DNA of 64,000 nucleotides from Patescibacteria group bacterium (GTDB lineage Bacteria > Patescibacteriota > Gracilibacteria > UBA1369 > JAHKBB01). Shown here one piece after another: positions 36,261 to 46,530 of the stretch (position 1 is its first letter; every line of letters begins with the position of its first letter). The stretch spans positions 4,510-68,509 of the forward strand of contig JBDRDX010000017.1 in NCBI GenBank assembly GCA_043820285.1. The letters run 5' to 3'. A model generated the notes under the pieces. The model made no database searches and was not told the origin of the DNA. It saw only the letters and a list, made by a program, of their open reading frames with translations. Position numbers and translations under genes: made by a program.

Positions 36261-37592
36261 ATGAAATTGAAATCAGTATACATCTGCGAAAAATGCGGCC
36301 ACCAAGAGAACAAATGGACCGGCAAATGCTCCGGCTGTGACGCCTGGAACTCTTTTGTTGAGGATGTAATTGACACATCTCCCCGTAAACACGCCCCCGT
36401 ACAGGCCAAGAAATCCGAAAAACTCACACATTCAAAAGCATTCGAGAACAGACTGGAAACAGGAATCGGCGAACTCGATCGCGCACTTGGCGGTGGAATC
36501 GTGGAAGGCAATTTCATTCTTTTAAGCGGAGAACCCGGAATAGGAAAATCCACATTAACGATGCAGCTTTGTGGAAAGATAGCGGGACAAAAGAAAGTGC
36601 TGTACGTATCTGGAGAAGAATCAGTTTCGCAGGTAGCATCCAGAGCACACAGACTGGGAGTAAAATCGGAGAATATAAGCATACTTTCTGACACAAACAT
36701 AGAGTCAGTCTTGGGAACGATCGAGGACGAAAAACCGGAATTTGTGATCGTTGACTCCATACAAGTAGTTTCGTCTGTAGATATCCCAAGTTTGGCCGGA
36801 TCCGTAAACCAGGTAAGAGCATGTGCGGAAAAATTGATGGAAGTGGCAAAAAACAAAAAGATCCCGGTCGTAATAACCGGACACGTAACAAAAGACGGAA
36901 ACCTCGCAGGACCTAAAATGTTGGAGCACCTGGTCGACACAGTCCTCTATCTTGAAGGAGACAGATACCAAAATTTCAGACTTTTAAGGAGCATCAAAAA
37001 CAGGTTTGGATCCACGAATGAAGTGGGAGTATTTGAAATGAAATCAGATGGACTCAAAGAAGTAGAAAATCCATCAAAAATATTCCTGGAAGGACGTGAA
37101 CCAAACGCAATTGGATCTGTCGTAACGACAACAATCGAGGGCAGTCGTCCATTTTTGATCGAAGTACAGGCATTAACCGACAAAACGGCATTTGGATATC
37201 CGAAGAGGGCTGCACAGGGGTACGATCTCCAAAGAACCCATCTAATGCTCGCAGTCCTTCAAAAATACCTTAAAATGAACTTCCTGGAAAAAGACGTGTA
37301 TGTAAATGTGGCGGGAGGAATGAAACTTAAAGATCCGGCATGCGATCTCGGAATCCTCATGGCAATCGCCTCTTCGTTCAAACACAAACATTTTCCAACA
37401 GATACATTAATACTCGGAGAAGTCGGTCTAAGCGGTGAAATCCGCAGCGTCACAAAGCTGGAACAGCGCCTCAAAGAAGCGGAAAAACTCGGAATGAAAC
37501 AGGCTGTCATTCCACGTACCTCAGAAAAACTTTCAACAAAACTGAAACTCATACAAGTATCGAACATCAGAGAAGCGCTTTCTATATTCTAA
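36261..37592 (+). CDS. radA: DNA repair protein RadA/Sms
   Basis: 443 aa. It has the zinc ribbon CEKCGHQ...CSGC, Walker A GEPGIGKST, the KNRFG motif and a Lon-like C-terminal domain. Confidence 0.9.
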   Translation: MKLKSVYICEKCGHQENKWTGKCSGCDAWNSFVEDVIDTSPRKHAPVQAKKSEKLTHSKAFENRLETGIGELDRALGGGIVEGNFILLSGEPGIGKSTLTMQLCGKIAGQKKVLYVSGEESVSQVASRAHRLGVKSENISILSDTNIESVLGTIEDEKPEFVIVDSIQVVSSVDIPSLAGSVNQVRACAEKLMEVAKNKKIPVVITGHVTKDGNLAGPKMLEHLVDTVLYLEGDRYQNFRLLRSIKNRFGSTNEVGVFEMKSDGLKEVENPSKIFLEGREPNAIGSVVTTTIEGSRPFLIEVQALTDKTAFGYPKRAAQGYDLQRTHLMLAVLQKYLKMNFLEKDVYVNVAGGMKLKDPACDLGILMAIASSFKHKHFPTDTLILGEVGLSGEIRSVTKLEQRLKEAEKLGMKQAVIPRTSEKLSTKLKLIQVSNIREALSIF

Positions 37593-38337
37593 AAAACTCC
37601 CTCGTAGTCCCCTCAATCGCCTTATCCACATCTTCATAGGCAAGCCCTTTCACTTCCGCGATTTTTTCAAGGACTTCTTTGACATTTGCAGGTTCATTAC
37701 GCTTGCCGCGCTTGGATTGAGGGGTGAGGAACGGGCAATCTGTCTCGATCATAATTTTGTCCAATGGCGCGTTGTGTACAACCCATACAGAAGAATCCGC
37801 AGTTGGATAAGTAATAACTCCATTGAAAGAAGTGTACACACCTGCGTCCCAAAGTTCTTTGGCATAATCCAAATCATATGGATAACAGTGGTATACGGAT
37901 TGCACATTTGGAAATTCTTTCACTATTTCAAGAGTGTCTTCCGGAGCTTCACGGGAATGGATAATAACAGGTAGAGAAAGTTCTTTGGCGAGCACGAATT
38001 GCATACGGAAAGCACGTTTTTGGTCTTCTTTGTCGTGCTCGCGGTGATAGTCCAAACCGCATTCTCCGATAGCGACAATCTTTTTATTTGCCTTAGCTTG
38101 ATCAAGAAATTTACTCATCAATTCATCGTTGACGTGAGCGCAATCATATGGGTGGATGCCCAGCGTCCCGTATAAATTTTTATGTTGCTTTGACATCTCA
38201 AAAGATGCTTTGGAATCCTTAACGGAACAGCCCACATTGATAATGTCTGTAACACCTGCCTCTTCCGCTCGTTTTAGAACCTCAGAGAGATCTCTTTGAA
38301 AATCTCTAAACATTAAATGAGCGTGTGTGTCTATCAT
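37582..38337 (-). CDS. tatD: TatD-family metal-dependent hydrolase/DNase
   Basis: 251 aa. It has IDTHAHL, GECGLDY, IHSREA and ETDCPFL. Confidence 0.85.
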   Translation of the reverse strand: MIDTHAHLMFRDFQRDLSEVLKRAEEAGVTDIINVGCSVKDSKASFEMSKQHKNLYGTLGIHPYDCAHVNDELMSKFLDQAKANKKIVAIGECGLDYHREHDKEDQKRAFRMQFVLAKELSLPVIIHSREAPEDTLEIVKEFPNVQSVYHCYPYDLDYAKELWDAGVYTSFNGVITYPTADSSVWVVHNAPLDKIMIETDCPFLTPQSKRGKRNEPANVKEVLEKIAEVKGLAYEDVDKAIEGTTREFFRI

Positions 38338-38681
38338 AAATTTGACTTTTTATCGGATACAAAGTAGAATCTAGCACGCTTAAAAAGCTCACGCAAATGA
38401 TAACTGAAAGAAGCCAACTAGAACTCAAAAATTTCCAAGCTGATTGGGGCTTCTTTTATTTCTACTTTTAATTCTGCGTGAGAGTTTGATTTAAGAAATC
38501 CGCAAAACTCCTCACGCAAATACGCAAGAGGAGATTTTTTAATATTACTTAACCCCAAAAAAGATGTTAAAATCAAGCGGCACAAAAAGGAGGAAAAACG
38601 TGACACAAAAGAGATTCTTCTTTAATCAAAGAAGGCACTATCTTTATTCAAACATTTCGTAAACCGGTAACAAGCAAAAAT

Positions 38682-39695
38682 ATGATTATAGTAATGAAAA
38701 AAGGCACCGAACAAAGCAAGGTTGCACGCCTGATTCAAGAACTTGAATCTAAGGGGATGCAGCCCGTGCCGCTGTACGGCGTAGAACGCACCGTAATTGC
38801 CGTTATAGGCGACGAACGCATTCTGGACGAACACCACATATCTTCCTTCCCGGGAGTGAGCAAAGTGATGTCGGTATTGCGTCCGTACAAACTCGCCAGT
38901 CGCGAAACACAAACAGAGCCAACAATAATAGACGTGAAGGGAATAAAGATCGGCGGGAAAACCATCGCAATGATGGCCGGACCGTGTTCTGTGGAAAGTG
39001 AAGATCAAATCATGTCAGTAGCAAAAGATTTGTCCAAAATGGGAGTAAAAATCCTTCGCGGCGGAGCGTTCAAACCAAGAACAGGTCCATACAGCTTTGA
39101 AGGGCTCGGAGAGGAAGGACTAAGATACCTTCGCCAAGCCGCGAATAAATACGATATGGCAATTGTCACGGAAGTTATGGAAATTGACCAAATCGAAAAG
39201 GTGGCTGAATACGCAGACATTCTACAAATCGGGACAAGAAATATGCAGAATTTCAACCTGTTAAAAGCAGTTGGGAAAACTCAAAAACCGATTTTCTTGA
39301 AACGAGGAATGTCGGCAACAATCACAGAATTTCTACTTGCCGCCGAATACATCCTCTCAAACGGAAATCCAAACGTAATGCTTTGTGAAAGAGGAATTCG
39401 AACATTTGAAACCGAAACCAGAAATACGCTGGCACTGGCCACGGTTCCATTACTCAAAGAGTTGACCCATTTACCCATAATAGTTGATCCAAGCCACGGG
39501 ACGGGTAAGAAATCATTGGTGGCTCCAATGGTAAAAGCGGCAATAGCGGCGGGAGCGGACGGAATAATGGTCGAAGTTCATCCAAATCCCGAGGAAGCGC
39601 TGTCCGATGGTGACCAATCATTGACACCGGAGGAGTTTAAAGATGTAATGAAAGAAGCCAGAAAAGTAGCGTTAGCATGCGACCGAGAACTATGA
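38682..39695 (+). CDS. aroF: 3-deoxy-7-phosphoheptulonate (DAHP) synthase, type I-beta with an N-terminal regulatory domain
   Basis: 337 aa. A ferredoxin-like N-terminal domain of about 70 aa is followed by a KDO8PS-like barrel ([21 protein letters not shown]). Confidence 0.85.
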   Translation: MIIVMKKGTEQSKVARLIQELESKGMQPVPLYGVERTVIAVIGDERILDEHHISSFPGVSKVMSVLRPYKLASRETQTEPTIIDVKGIKIGGKTIAMMAGPCSVESEDQIMSVAKDLSKMGVKILRGGAFKPRTGPYSFEGLGEEGLRYLRQAANKYDMAIVTEVMEIDQIEKVAEYADILQIGTRNMQNFNLLKAVGKTQKPIFLKRGMSATITEFLLAAEYILSNGNPNVMLCERGIRTFETETRNTLALATVPLLKELTHLPIIVDPSHGTGKKSLVAPMVKAAIAAGADGIMVEVHPNPEEALSDGDQSLTPEEFKDVMKEARKVALACDREL

Positions 39696-40681
39696 TTATA
39701 CCCGTAAAACTCAAAAAGAAAGAGGATCGATCATACAAGATCATCGTAGAAGATGGTCTTATAGATCGAATTCCAAGCCTTTTGAATTACGGAGTTAGAT
39801 ACGCAGTAATCGCAGACTCAAAAGTAGGCAAATTATATGGTCAGAAACTGGTCAAACGCTTGGGCAAAAAAGCCAAACTTTTCACATTCCCGCATGGAGA
39901 ACGATCAAAAAATTTGTTCACAGTTGAGGCTTTGTGCAAAAAAATGCTCAAAGAAAACTTCGATAGACACGACTGCATAATTGCCCTCGGGGGCGGGGTG
40001 ACGGGAGACATCGCAGGATTCGTTTCCTCCATATATATGCGTGGGATTCCGTATGTACAAGTTCCTACGTCACTACTCGCGATGGTGGACTCAAGCGTGG
40101 GTGGAAAGACGGGCGTGGACATGGAAGAAGGCAAAAACCTGCTCGGCACATTTTTGCAGCCAAAAGCGGTATATATAGATCCCCTGCTATTAAAAACTTT
40201 GCCAAAAAAACACTTCGTAAATGGAATGGCTGAAGTAGTTAAATATGGTTGCATCAAAAGCAAATCGCTATTTAGATACATTTCCAAAAACTATGAAAAA
40301 ATTCTGACCTTGGAACCCAAACCTTTGAACAAAATAATTGTACAGTCATGCAAGATAAAAAGGGATATAGTAGAAAAGGATGAGCATGAAAAATTGGGCT
40401 TAAGAATGTGCCTGAATTTCGGGCACACAATTGGTCATGCAATTGAAAAATTAACAGATTACACAATCCTGCATGGAGAAGCGGTCGCAATCGGCATGGT
40501 CCAAATGTGCAGGGATAAAAGACTTACGGAGCTACTCAAAAAGATCGGACTACCTACAAAAATACCAAAAGGAATTAAAAAATCCCACATTCTTGAAGTA
40601 ATAAAGAAAGACAAGAAGAAGAAGGGAAAGAAAATCATGCACGTACTGGTTAAAAAAATCGGTAAAGCAATTCTGAAATGA
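39692..40681 (+). CDS. aroB: 3-dehydroquinate synthase
   Basis: It has [17 protein letters not shown] and FGHTIGHA. I chose the ATG at 39692 (ATGA overlap with aroF), whereas the track starts at 39677. Confidence 0.85.
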   Translation: MIIPVKLKKKEDRSYKIIVEDGLIDRIPSLLNYGVRYAVIADSKVGKLYGQKLVKRLGKKAKLFTFPHGERSKNLFTVEALCKKMLKENFDRHDCIIALGGGVTGDIAGFVSSIYMRGIPYVQVPTSLLAMVDSSVGGKTGVDMEEGKNLLGTFLQPKAVYIDPLLLKTLPKKHFVNGMAEVVKYGCIKSKSLFRYISKNYEKILTLEPKPLNKIIVQSCKIKRDIVEKDEHEKLGLRMCLNFGHTIGHAIEKLTDYTILHGEAVAIGMVQMCRDKRLTELLKKIGLPTKIPKGIKKSHILEVIKKDKKKKGKKIMHVLVKKIGKAILK

Positions 40682-41775
40682 AACTGAAAGTCCCCCCTTC
40701 AAAAAGCATAACTCAAAGAGCCCTTTTGATTTCGCACATAGCCGGAGGGAAAGTTACAAATCCCCTCTTGAGCGACGATACAAAACACATGATTAAAGCT
40801 TTGAAGAACTTGAAGTCCCCCATCTTTGTGGGCAACGCGGGCACGGCAATGAGATTTTTAACAGCGTATCTCACGCTAACCGATTTCAAAGGCACGATAA
40901 CGGGAAACAAACACATGCAGAAACGTCCGATAAAGGAGCTGGTCAATGCCTTGAATAAACTCGGAGCTAAAGTGTCCACCAAGAACGGATGCCCGCCTGT
41001 GCACGTCGAAGGAGCAAAAGGTTTGAAAGGCGGGAAAGTGAGAATCAAGGGCAACATCTCTAGTCAATACATCTCTGCAATCCTCATGGTCGCTCCATAC
41101 GCTGAGAAAGACGTAGTAATAGAGGTGATTGGGAACCTGGCCTCAAAACCATACGTCGATCTTACCATCGACGTGATGAAAGCATTTGGAGTCCATGTGA
41201 AAAATAAAAACTACAAACGCTTTACCGTAAAGACAGGACAGAAATACAAAACCAGAAAATTCAAAGTGGAAGGCGATGCGTCTTCCGCTACATACTTTTG
41301 GGCAATATCTCATTTAACGGGCAGAAAGATAGATATCACGAACATTTCAAAAAATTCGAAGCAAGGCGACATAAAGTTCAAGTCGCTCCTAAAAAAGCTC
41401 CAAAAAAGAATAGATTTAAACGACATGCCTGACACAATGCCGCTCGTCGCCGCACTTTGCGCACTAAAGAAAGGTAAAAGAAAAATGGTAAATATCGCGA
41501 ATCTAAGAATAAAGGAATGCGACCGGATCGAAGCGATGCGGAATGAGTTAAAGAAATTGGGTATAAAGACAAAATCCGGGAAGGATTGGCTGGAAGTAGA
41601 GGGAGCACCGGACAAAATAAGACCAGTTAAAATAGAAACGTACAATGATCACAGAATCGCTATGACATTTGCGGCATTGAAAACAAAATACCCGAAAATC
41701 GAGATTACCGGAAAATCATGCGTCAGCAAAAGCTATCCGAATTTCTGGAAAGACTATAAAAGAATCACGAAATGA
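40678..41775 (+). CDS. aroA: 3-phosphoshikimate 1-carboxyvinyltransferase (EPSP synthase), unusually short
   Basis: 365 aa. It has PPSKSITQRALL, GNAGTAMRFL, SSQYISA, EGDASSATYF, RIKECDR and NDHRIAM. Confidence 0.85.
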   Translation: MKLKVPPSKSITQRALLISHIAGGKVTNPLLSDDTKHMIKALKNLKSPIFVGNAGTAMRFLTAYLTLTDFKGTITGNKHMQKRPIKELVNALNKLGAKVSTKNGCPPVHVEGAKGLKGGKVRIKGNISSQYISAILMVAPYAEKDVVIEVIGNLASKPYVDLTIDVMKAFGVHVKNKNYKRFTVKTGQKYKTRKFKVEGDASSATYFWAISHLTGRKIDITNISKNSKQGDIKFKSLLKKLQKRIDLNDMPDTMPLVAALCALKKGKRKMVNIANLRIKECDRIEAMRNELKKLGIKTKSGKDWLEVEGAPDKIRPVKIETYNDHRIAMTFAALKTKYPKIEITGKSCVSKSYPNFWKDYKRITK

Positions 41776-42911
41776 AAACACGATTAATCTCATCGGTAGG
41801 CGCACTTTTTAAACTGATATCCACGTCTGTTACTTTCTTTTGGGCCGTACATTTCGTGGATATAGGACTTAAAGGATGGGAAATAGGAGCAATCATGGCG
41901 GCCGGAAGCATAACGGGGATAGTGTTCATAACAGTAGGAGGAATTTTAAATGACCGAATCAAATCCAAAAGTCTGATATCAGTAGCGATATTGATGATAA
42001 TCATTCAATACCTGGCCGTAAGCCAGACAGATCAATTTGTAACAATTCTCATGCTGTTTGTTTTGGGAGGATTAGCGGGAAGCTTATACAGTATATCAAT
42101 GGACTCATTGGTTCTAAAAACCTCAAAGGGAGAGAATCAATCGGAAGAAATAGGTTTGTTTTTAAGCTTGGGATATATAGGCATCTCAATAGGAATGATC
42201 CTCGGCGGACATATGCTGGACAAAGTGGATTTTAATTACCTGCTTCGAATACTAGCAATGGGCTTCTCTATCATACTGTTCATTTCGTTCCTGCTACCAA
42301 AAACACCTATCGACAAACCACAACTTGTAGAATACAAATCCGACATACTCAGAAAAGAAGTATTATTCTTTATCTTAATGATATTTTTGTTTGCACTACA
42401 TTTCGGAGCGGAAGGCACAGCATACGGACCATTTCTGAGATTTAATCTCGGATTATCAATGGGACAAATGGGGCTGTATATGGGAGGAGCTGTAGGAGTC
42501 ATGGCAATAAGCGTGGTCATCTTCAGCAAACTAATTAAAAAAACATCCAACATAAAATGGATACTGTATTTTGGGCTGCTTGGAAGCGGAGTAGGATTTA
42601 TTGCAATGAGCATCACGGATAATGTTTCTTTATCATTCCTCGCAAGAGTTCTTCACGAAATTGCGGACAGCGCGATGTTTGTATTCCTGTACCACGGACT
42701 CTCAAAATTCTTTCCTGTGGAAAGACTTGGAGGCAATACAAGCATAGTCACTCTGACTACAATGGTCGCCGGAGCGCTCTCATCAATAGCATTTGGATAC
42801 ATAGGAGAAAAAATGGGATATGAAGTTCCTTTAATCGCGTCCGGCACAATATGTGTTTTGGCTGTTTTTATAGCGATTTATCAAAGACATTTAATAGCCC
42901 ACCATGTCTAA
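41772..42911 (+). CDS. MFS transporter
   Basis: 379 aa with about 10-12 TM helices and an MFS-like loop (GGILNDRIKSK). It has an ATGA overlap with aroA and an 8 nt overlap with aroK. Confidence 0.75.
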   Translation: MKTRLISSVGALFKLISTSVTFFWAVHFVDIGLKGWEIGAIMAAGSITGIVFITVGGILNDRIKSKSLISVAILMIIIQYLAVSQTDQFVTILMLFVLGGLAGSLYSISMDSLVLKTSKGENQSEEIGLFLSLGYIGISIGMILGGHMLDKVDFNYLLRILAMGFSIILFISFLLPKTPIDKPQLVEYKSDILRKEVLFFILMIFLFALHFGAEGTAYGPFLRFNLGLSMGQMGLYMGGAVGVMAISVVIFSKLIKKTSNIKWILYFGLLGSGVGFIAMSITDNVSLSFLARVLHEIADSAMFVFLYHGLSKFFPVERLGGNTSIVTLTTMVAGALSSIAFGYIGEKMGYEVPLIASGTICVLAVFIAIYQRHLIAHHV

Positions 42912-43440
42912 AAATATCGTAATAACAGGTATGAGAGGTACGGGAAAAAGCCGAATAGGCAGGAAAATCGCCGAGACTTTGGAAAAGGAATTTGTGGATT
43001 TGGATGAAGAAATTGAAAACCACGAAGGGATTTCAACTGCGGAGATAGTGGGAAGCAAGGGCTGGGATTATTTCCGCGCAGTCGAGAAACAGATGGTGGA
43101 GAAATTCTCAAAAAAGAAAGGCCTGGTAATCTCAACGGGCGGCGGCGCAATCATAGACCAAGAAAACGAAAAAAATCTCAGAGAAAACGGATTCGTGATA
43201 TTTCTCCGATGTGATATCCAAAAACTCGCAGAAAGAATCAAACATTCAAAAAACAGACCATCTCTAACAGAGAAGAATTTTGTCATGGAATTTAAAGACG
43301 TTTGGGAAGATCGAAAGAAAAGATACCTGGAAAGCGCGGATCTGGTATTCGACGTCGACAAAGAAAGTGAAGACAAAGAAAGAGACATCGAAACAAAAGC
43401 CAATATTATCCTAAAGCTTCTTCCTGATGATTGCTCCTGA
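42904..43440 (+). CDS. aroK: Shikimate kinase
   Basis: 178 aa. It has the Walker A motif GMRGTGKSRIGR, and also DLD and GGGA motifs. Confidence 0.85.
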   Translation: MSKNIVITGMRGTGKSRIGRKIAETLEKEFVDLDEEIENHEGISTAEIVGSKGWDYFRAVEKQMVEKFSKKKGLVISTGGGAIIDQENEKNLRENGFVIFLRCDIQKLAERIKHSKNRPSLTEKNFVMEFKDVWEDRKKRYLESADLVFDVDKESEDKERDIETKANIILKLLPDDCS

Positions 43441-44628
43441 AGGAAACTTCTCCTTCAACTTCAAATAAACATTATGAGTTCCTCCGTGAGCCTCATTTAA
43501 TGTTTCCCCTTCAAGATCACAGATCTCGGTAACCTCTTCAGTGAACTCGCTATCAGGGGTCATTATCTCGAGCTTGTTCCCTTTTTCTATACGATTTTTC
43601 AATTCAACTCCATAGAGATCATCTCGATTCAGCCCTCCATGCTCACGTACAACACCGATAAATTGATAACTCTGCTGTGGAGAATTGTTCGGATAATAAA
43701 TAGAATCTTCACCAAATGGCTTTTTGAGATAACCAGGAATAAAAGATCTATTCGCGGTCTTGTTTACAAGATCCATAAGACCCTTGTTGAAAGGCTTCCC
43801 ATCACACATATCATCAATCGCTTTTCTATAAACCTTCGCAATTGTGGCCAGATAGTGAACAGTCTTCGACCGTCCCTCAACTTTAAACCCGCAAACACCC
43901 GCGTCCATTAACTCCTTTAAATACGGCAACGCACAAAGATCCTTGGAATTAAACAGATAAGTCCCCTGTTCATCCTCATATACAGGCATGTATTCACCGG
44001 GTCTTTCAGCCTCCTCTAAAATTTTGTACTTCCACCTGCAACTATGGGCACAAGCTCCTTGATTTGAATCCCGAGAAAGCATGTATGCGGACATCAGACA
44101 TCGCCCGCTATACGCCACGCAAATAGCTCCATGCACAAAACACTCAAGCTCAATGTCCGGCACCTGTTCTCTGATCTCCTTAATTTCGTCAATAGTAAGC
44201 TCCCTCGGAAGAATCACGCGAGAAATACCCAAATCCTTCCAAAACTTCACAGATCTATAGTTCATAGCATTTGCCTGAACCGAAAGGTGAATCTTCGCAT
44301 CCGGATAATGCTCCTTCACAATCGAAATCACTCCGGGATCCGCACAAATAAGCGCATCCGGCTTCAACTTCGCGAGCTTCTTCACGTGCTCCTCAAAAGC
44401 CTTTATCTTTGCATTGTGAGGATAAATATTCGTGGTTACATAAATCTTCTTCCCCTCATCTCGAGCAACCTTGATCGCCTCCGCAAGAAACTCATCATTA
44501 AACTGATTTTCCCTCGCCCGCAGACTAAAAGAAGGAACCCCGACATAACAAACATCACCACCGTACTGGTAACCAATCTTCAGCTTGTCCAAGCTCCCTG
44601 CCGGCAAAATAAGTTCGGGCTTTTTCAT
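43411..44628 (-). CDS. Peptidase U32 family protein
   Basis: 405 aa. It begins PELL.PAG and has the conserved E-x-F-x-H-G-A-x-C-x-A-Y-S-G-R-C block (ECFVHGAICVAYSGRC). Confidence 0.8.
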   Translation of the reverse strand: MKKPELILPAGSLDKLKIGYQYGGDVCYVGVPSFSLRARENQFNDEFLAEAIKVARDEGKKIYVTTNIYPHNAKIKAFEEHVKKLAKLKPDALICADPGVISIVKEHYPDAKIHLSVQANAMNYRSVKFWKDLGISRVILPRELTIDEIKEIREQVPDIELECFVHGAICVAYSGRCLMSAYMLSRDSNQGACAHSCRWKYKILEEAERPGEYMPVYEDEQGTYLFNSKDLCALPYLKELMDAGVCGFKVEGRSKTVHYLATIAKVYRKAIDDMCDGKPFNKGLMDLVNKTANRSFIPGYLKKPFGEDSIYYPNNSPQQSYQFIGVVREHGGLNRDDLYGVELKNRIEKGNKLEIMTPDSEFTEEVTEICDLEGETLNEAHGGTHNVYLKLKEKFPSGAIIRKKL

Positions 44629-44661
44629 GGTACGGAGATTATAAACCCAAAGAAGAAAATT

Positions 44662-44949
44662 TCAAGCCGCTTTCCGTTCCAGCATAACTATACGACCTTC
44701 GTGGTCATGGACTTTATCTTGCATATCGATAAATTGAGGACTGGAAAGAACATAGTGGTTATACATTTGGTTCAATTGGCCAGCCATACCCTCTAAAACT
44801 TCCCATATCTTCCGGATATCACCCTTTACTACTTCCAGATCCTCCTTCTTGGCAAAGCCTTCTAGATCCTCCTTCTTGGCAAAGCCTTTTAAAAGGCTGT
44901 TTATTTTATCAAACTCTTTTTTGGTATCCGCGTCCATAGTTAATTCCAT
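44662..44949 (-). CDS. Hypothetical coiled-coil protein
   Basis: 95 aa with an internal duplicated GFAKKEDLE. Confidence 0.45.
   Translation of the reverse strand: MELTMDADTKKEFDKINSLLKGFAKKEDLEGFAKKEDLEVVKGDIRKIWEVLEGMAGQLNQMYNHYVLSSPQFIDMQDKVHDHEGRIVMLERKAA
44837..44890. repeat. Tandem 27 bp duplication inside the 95 aa ORF
   Basis: agatcctccttcttggcaaagcctt[c/t]t occurs twice, head to tail. Confidence 0.8.
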
Positions 44950-45081
44950 TTTAAATGGGCCCTAATTCTAGCACCAAAAAATTCACGTGCAATCATTTCG
45001 CACACGTAAACCAGCAAAGTTCTGTTGCGCCCATTCAACAACAATACCAAAACAACAAACATACTGTATAATGCCATCACC

Positions 45082-46530
45082 ATGAATCCAGACTTCATTA
45101 TAATTGGATCAGGAATCGCAGGTCTCAACCTCGCACTTTCCGCCGCAAAAAAAGGCAAGGTTTTAATCATCACAAAAAAGAGAGCCGTCGAATCCAACAC
45201 AAACAGAGCTCAAGGAGGAATAGCTGCAGTTTTGGCAAAAACAGATGATTTCAAAAAGCACGTAAAAGATACAATGACCGCAGGCTCATACCACAACAAC
45301 AAAAAGGCGGTAGAATATATGGTTGAAAGAGGACCAAAAGTAATTCAAAATCTCATAGACTTGGGACTTGAATTCACAACATCGGGAGGAGTCATAGACC
45401 TTGGACAAGAGGGTGGACATAGCCACAGAAGAATCGCACATGTGGGCGACTTCACAGGTCAAGAAATCGAAAAAATTCTGGTACAAAAAGTGAAAGAAAA
45501 TTCCAAAATAACAGTTTGGGAAAACACATTCGCACTGGAGCTCATAGTGAAAAACAAAATTTGCAACGGAGTTCAAATCATCAAAAAAGGGAAAATTGAG
45601 AACATATATGCATCAGCAGTAATAATCGCGACAGGTTCAATAGGGCAACTATACAGATACACAACCAATTCAAAGATTTCTACAGGTGACGGAATAGCGA
45701 TGGCAATGAGAGCAGGCTGTAAAACAAAAGACCTCGAATTTATCCAATTTCACCCAACAGTCCTGGACAAGAACATAAATCCAAAATTTCTTCTGTCGGA
45801 AGCATTGCGAGGAGAAGGTGCGGTTTTGCGCAACTCAAAAGGCGAAATCTTTATGAAAAGTATTCACCCGCAGGCGGGGCTTGCGCCGAGAGATATAGTC
45901 TCACGCGCAATTTGGAAAGAGTTAGAAAAAGGTCCAGTATATTTGGACATAACGGGAGAGAATTCGGAGATGGTAAGAACAAGATTTCCAAATATATACA
46001 AAACACTTTTGAAATACAAATATGATCTGACAAAAGACAGAGTGCCAATTTCACCGGCAGTGCATTATTCATGCGGTGGAATCAAAGTTGATTTACATGG
46101 CCAAACTTGTATAAAAAATTTGTTCGCAACTGGTGAAGTTACACACACAGGAGTTCACGGAGCAAATCGATTAGCATCAAATTCTTTACTCGAAGCTCTT
46201 GTATTTAGCGAAGAAATTACGGACAAATTAAAGAAGCGAAAAGGTAAGAGCGAAGCATTTGCAAAACCATCAATAACAGAAGAAAAAGGAGCACAAATTC
46301 GAAAAAGAATAAGGGAATTGATGTGGAAATACGCAGGAGTAATCCGTACAAAAAAAGGTTTAGTAAAACTACAAAAAGAATTAGGGAAACTAGAAAAACT
46401 ATTCCCATCTTCCAGCAAAACAAATATTACCCTCGCAGAGACAAAAAATATGCTCACGGTCGCAAAAAAAATAACTTCGTCCGCACTAAAAAGAGACAAG
46501 AGTTTAGGATGTCACTTCATCACGAACTAG
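45082..46530 (+). CDS. nadB: L-aspartate oxidase
   Basis: It has the FAD fold [25 protein letters not shown] and [21 protein letters not shown] chose the ATG at 45082, whereas the track starts at a TTG at 45025. Confidence 0.85.
   Translation: MNPDFIIIGSGIAGLNLALSAAKKGKVLIITKKRAVESNTNRAQGGIAAVLAKTDDFKKHVKDTMTAGSYHNNKKAVEYMVERGPKVIQNLIDLGLEFTTSGGVIDLGQEGGHSHRRIAHVGDFTGQEIEKILVQKVKENSKITVWENTFALELIVKNKICNGVQIIKKGKIENIYASAVIIATGSIGQLYRYTTNSKISTGDGIAMAMRAGCKTKDLEFIQFHPTVLDKNINPKFLLSEALRGEGAVLRNSKGEIFMKSIHPQAGLAPRDIVSRAIWKELEKGPVYLDITGENSEMVRTRFPNIYKTLLKYKYDLTKDRVPISPAVHYSCGGIKVDLHGQTCIKNLFATGEVTHTGVHGANRLASNSLLEALVFSEEITDKLKKRKGKSEAFAKPSITEEKGAQIRKRIRELMWKYAGVIRTKKGLVKLQKELGKLEKLFPSSSKTNITLAETKNMLTVAKKITSSALKRDKSLGCHFITN

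Noticed and set aside
38418-38606. A 62 aa ORF on the minus strand in the tatD/aroF divergent intergenic region.
   Set aside because: It has no start context or recognisable features. It overlaps the repeated and hairpin elements, which are better explained as leader or promoter RNA/DNA structure.
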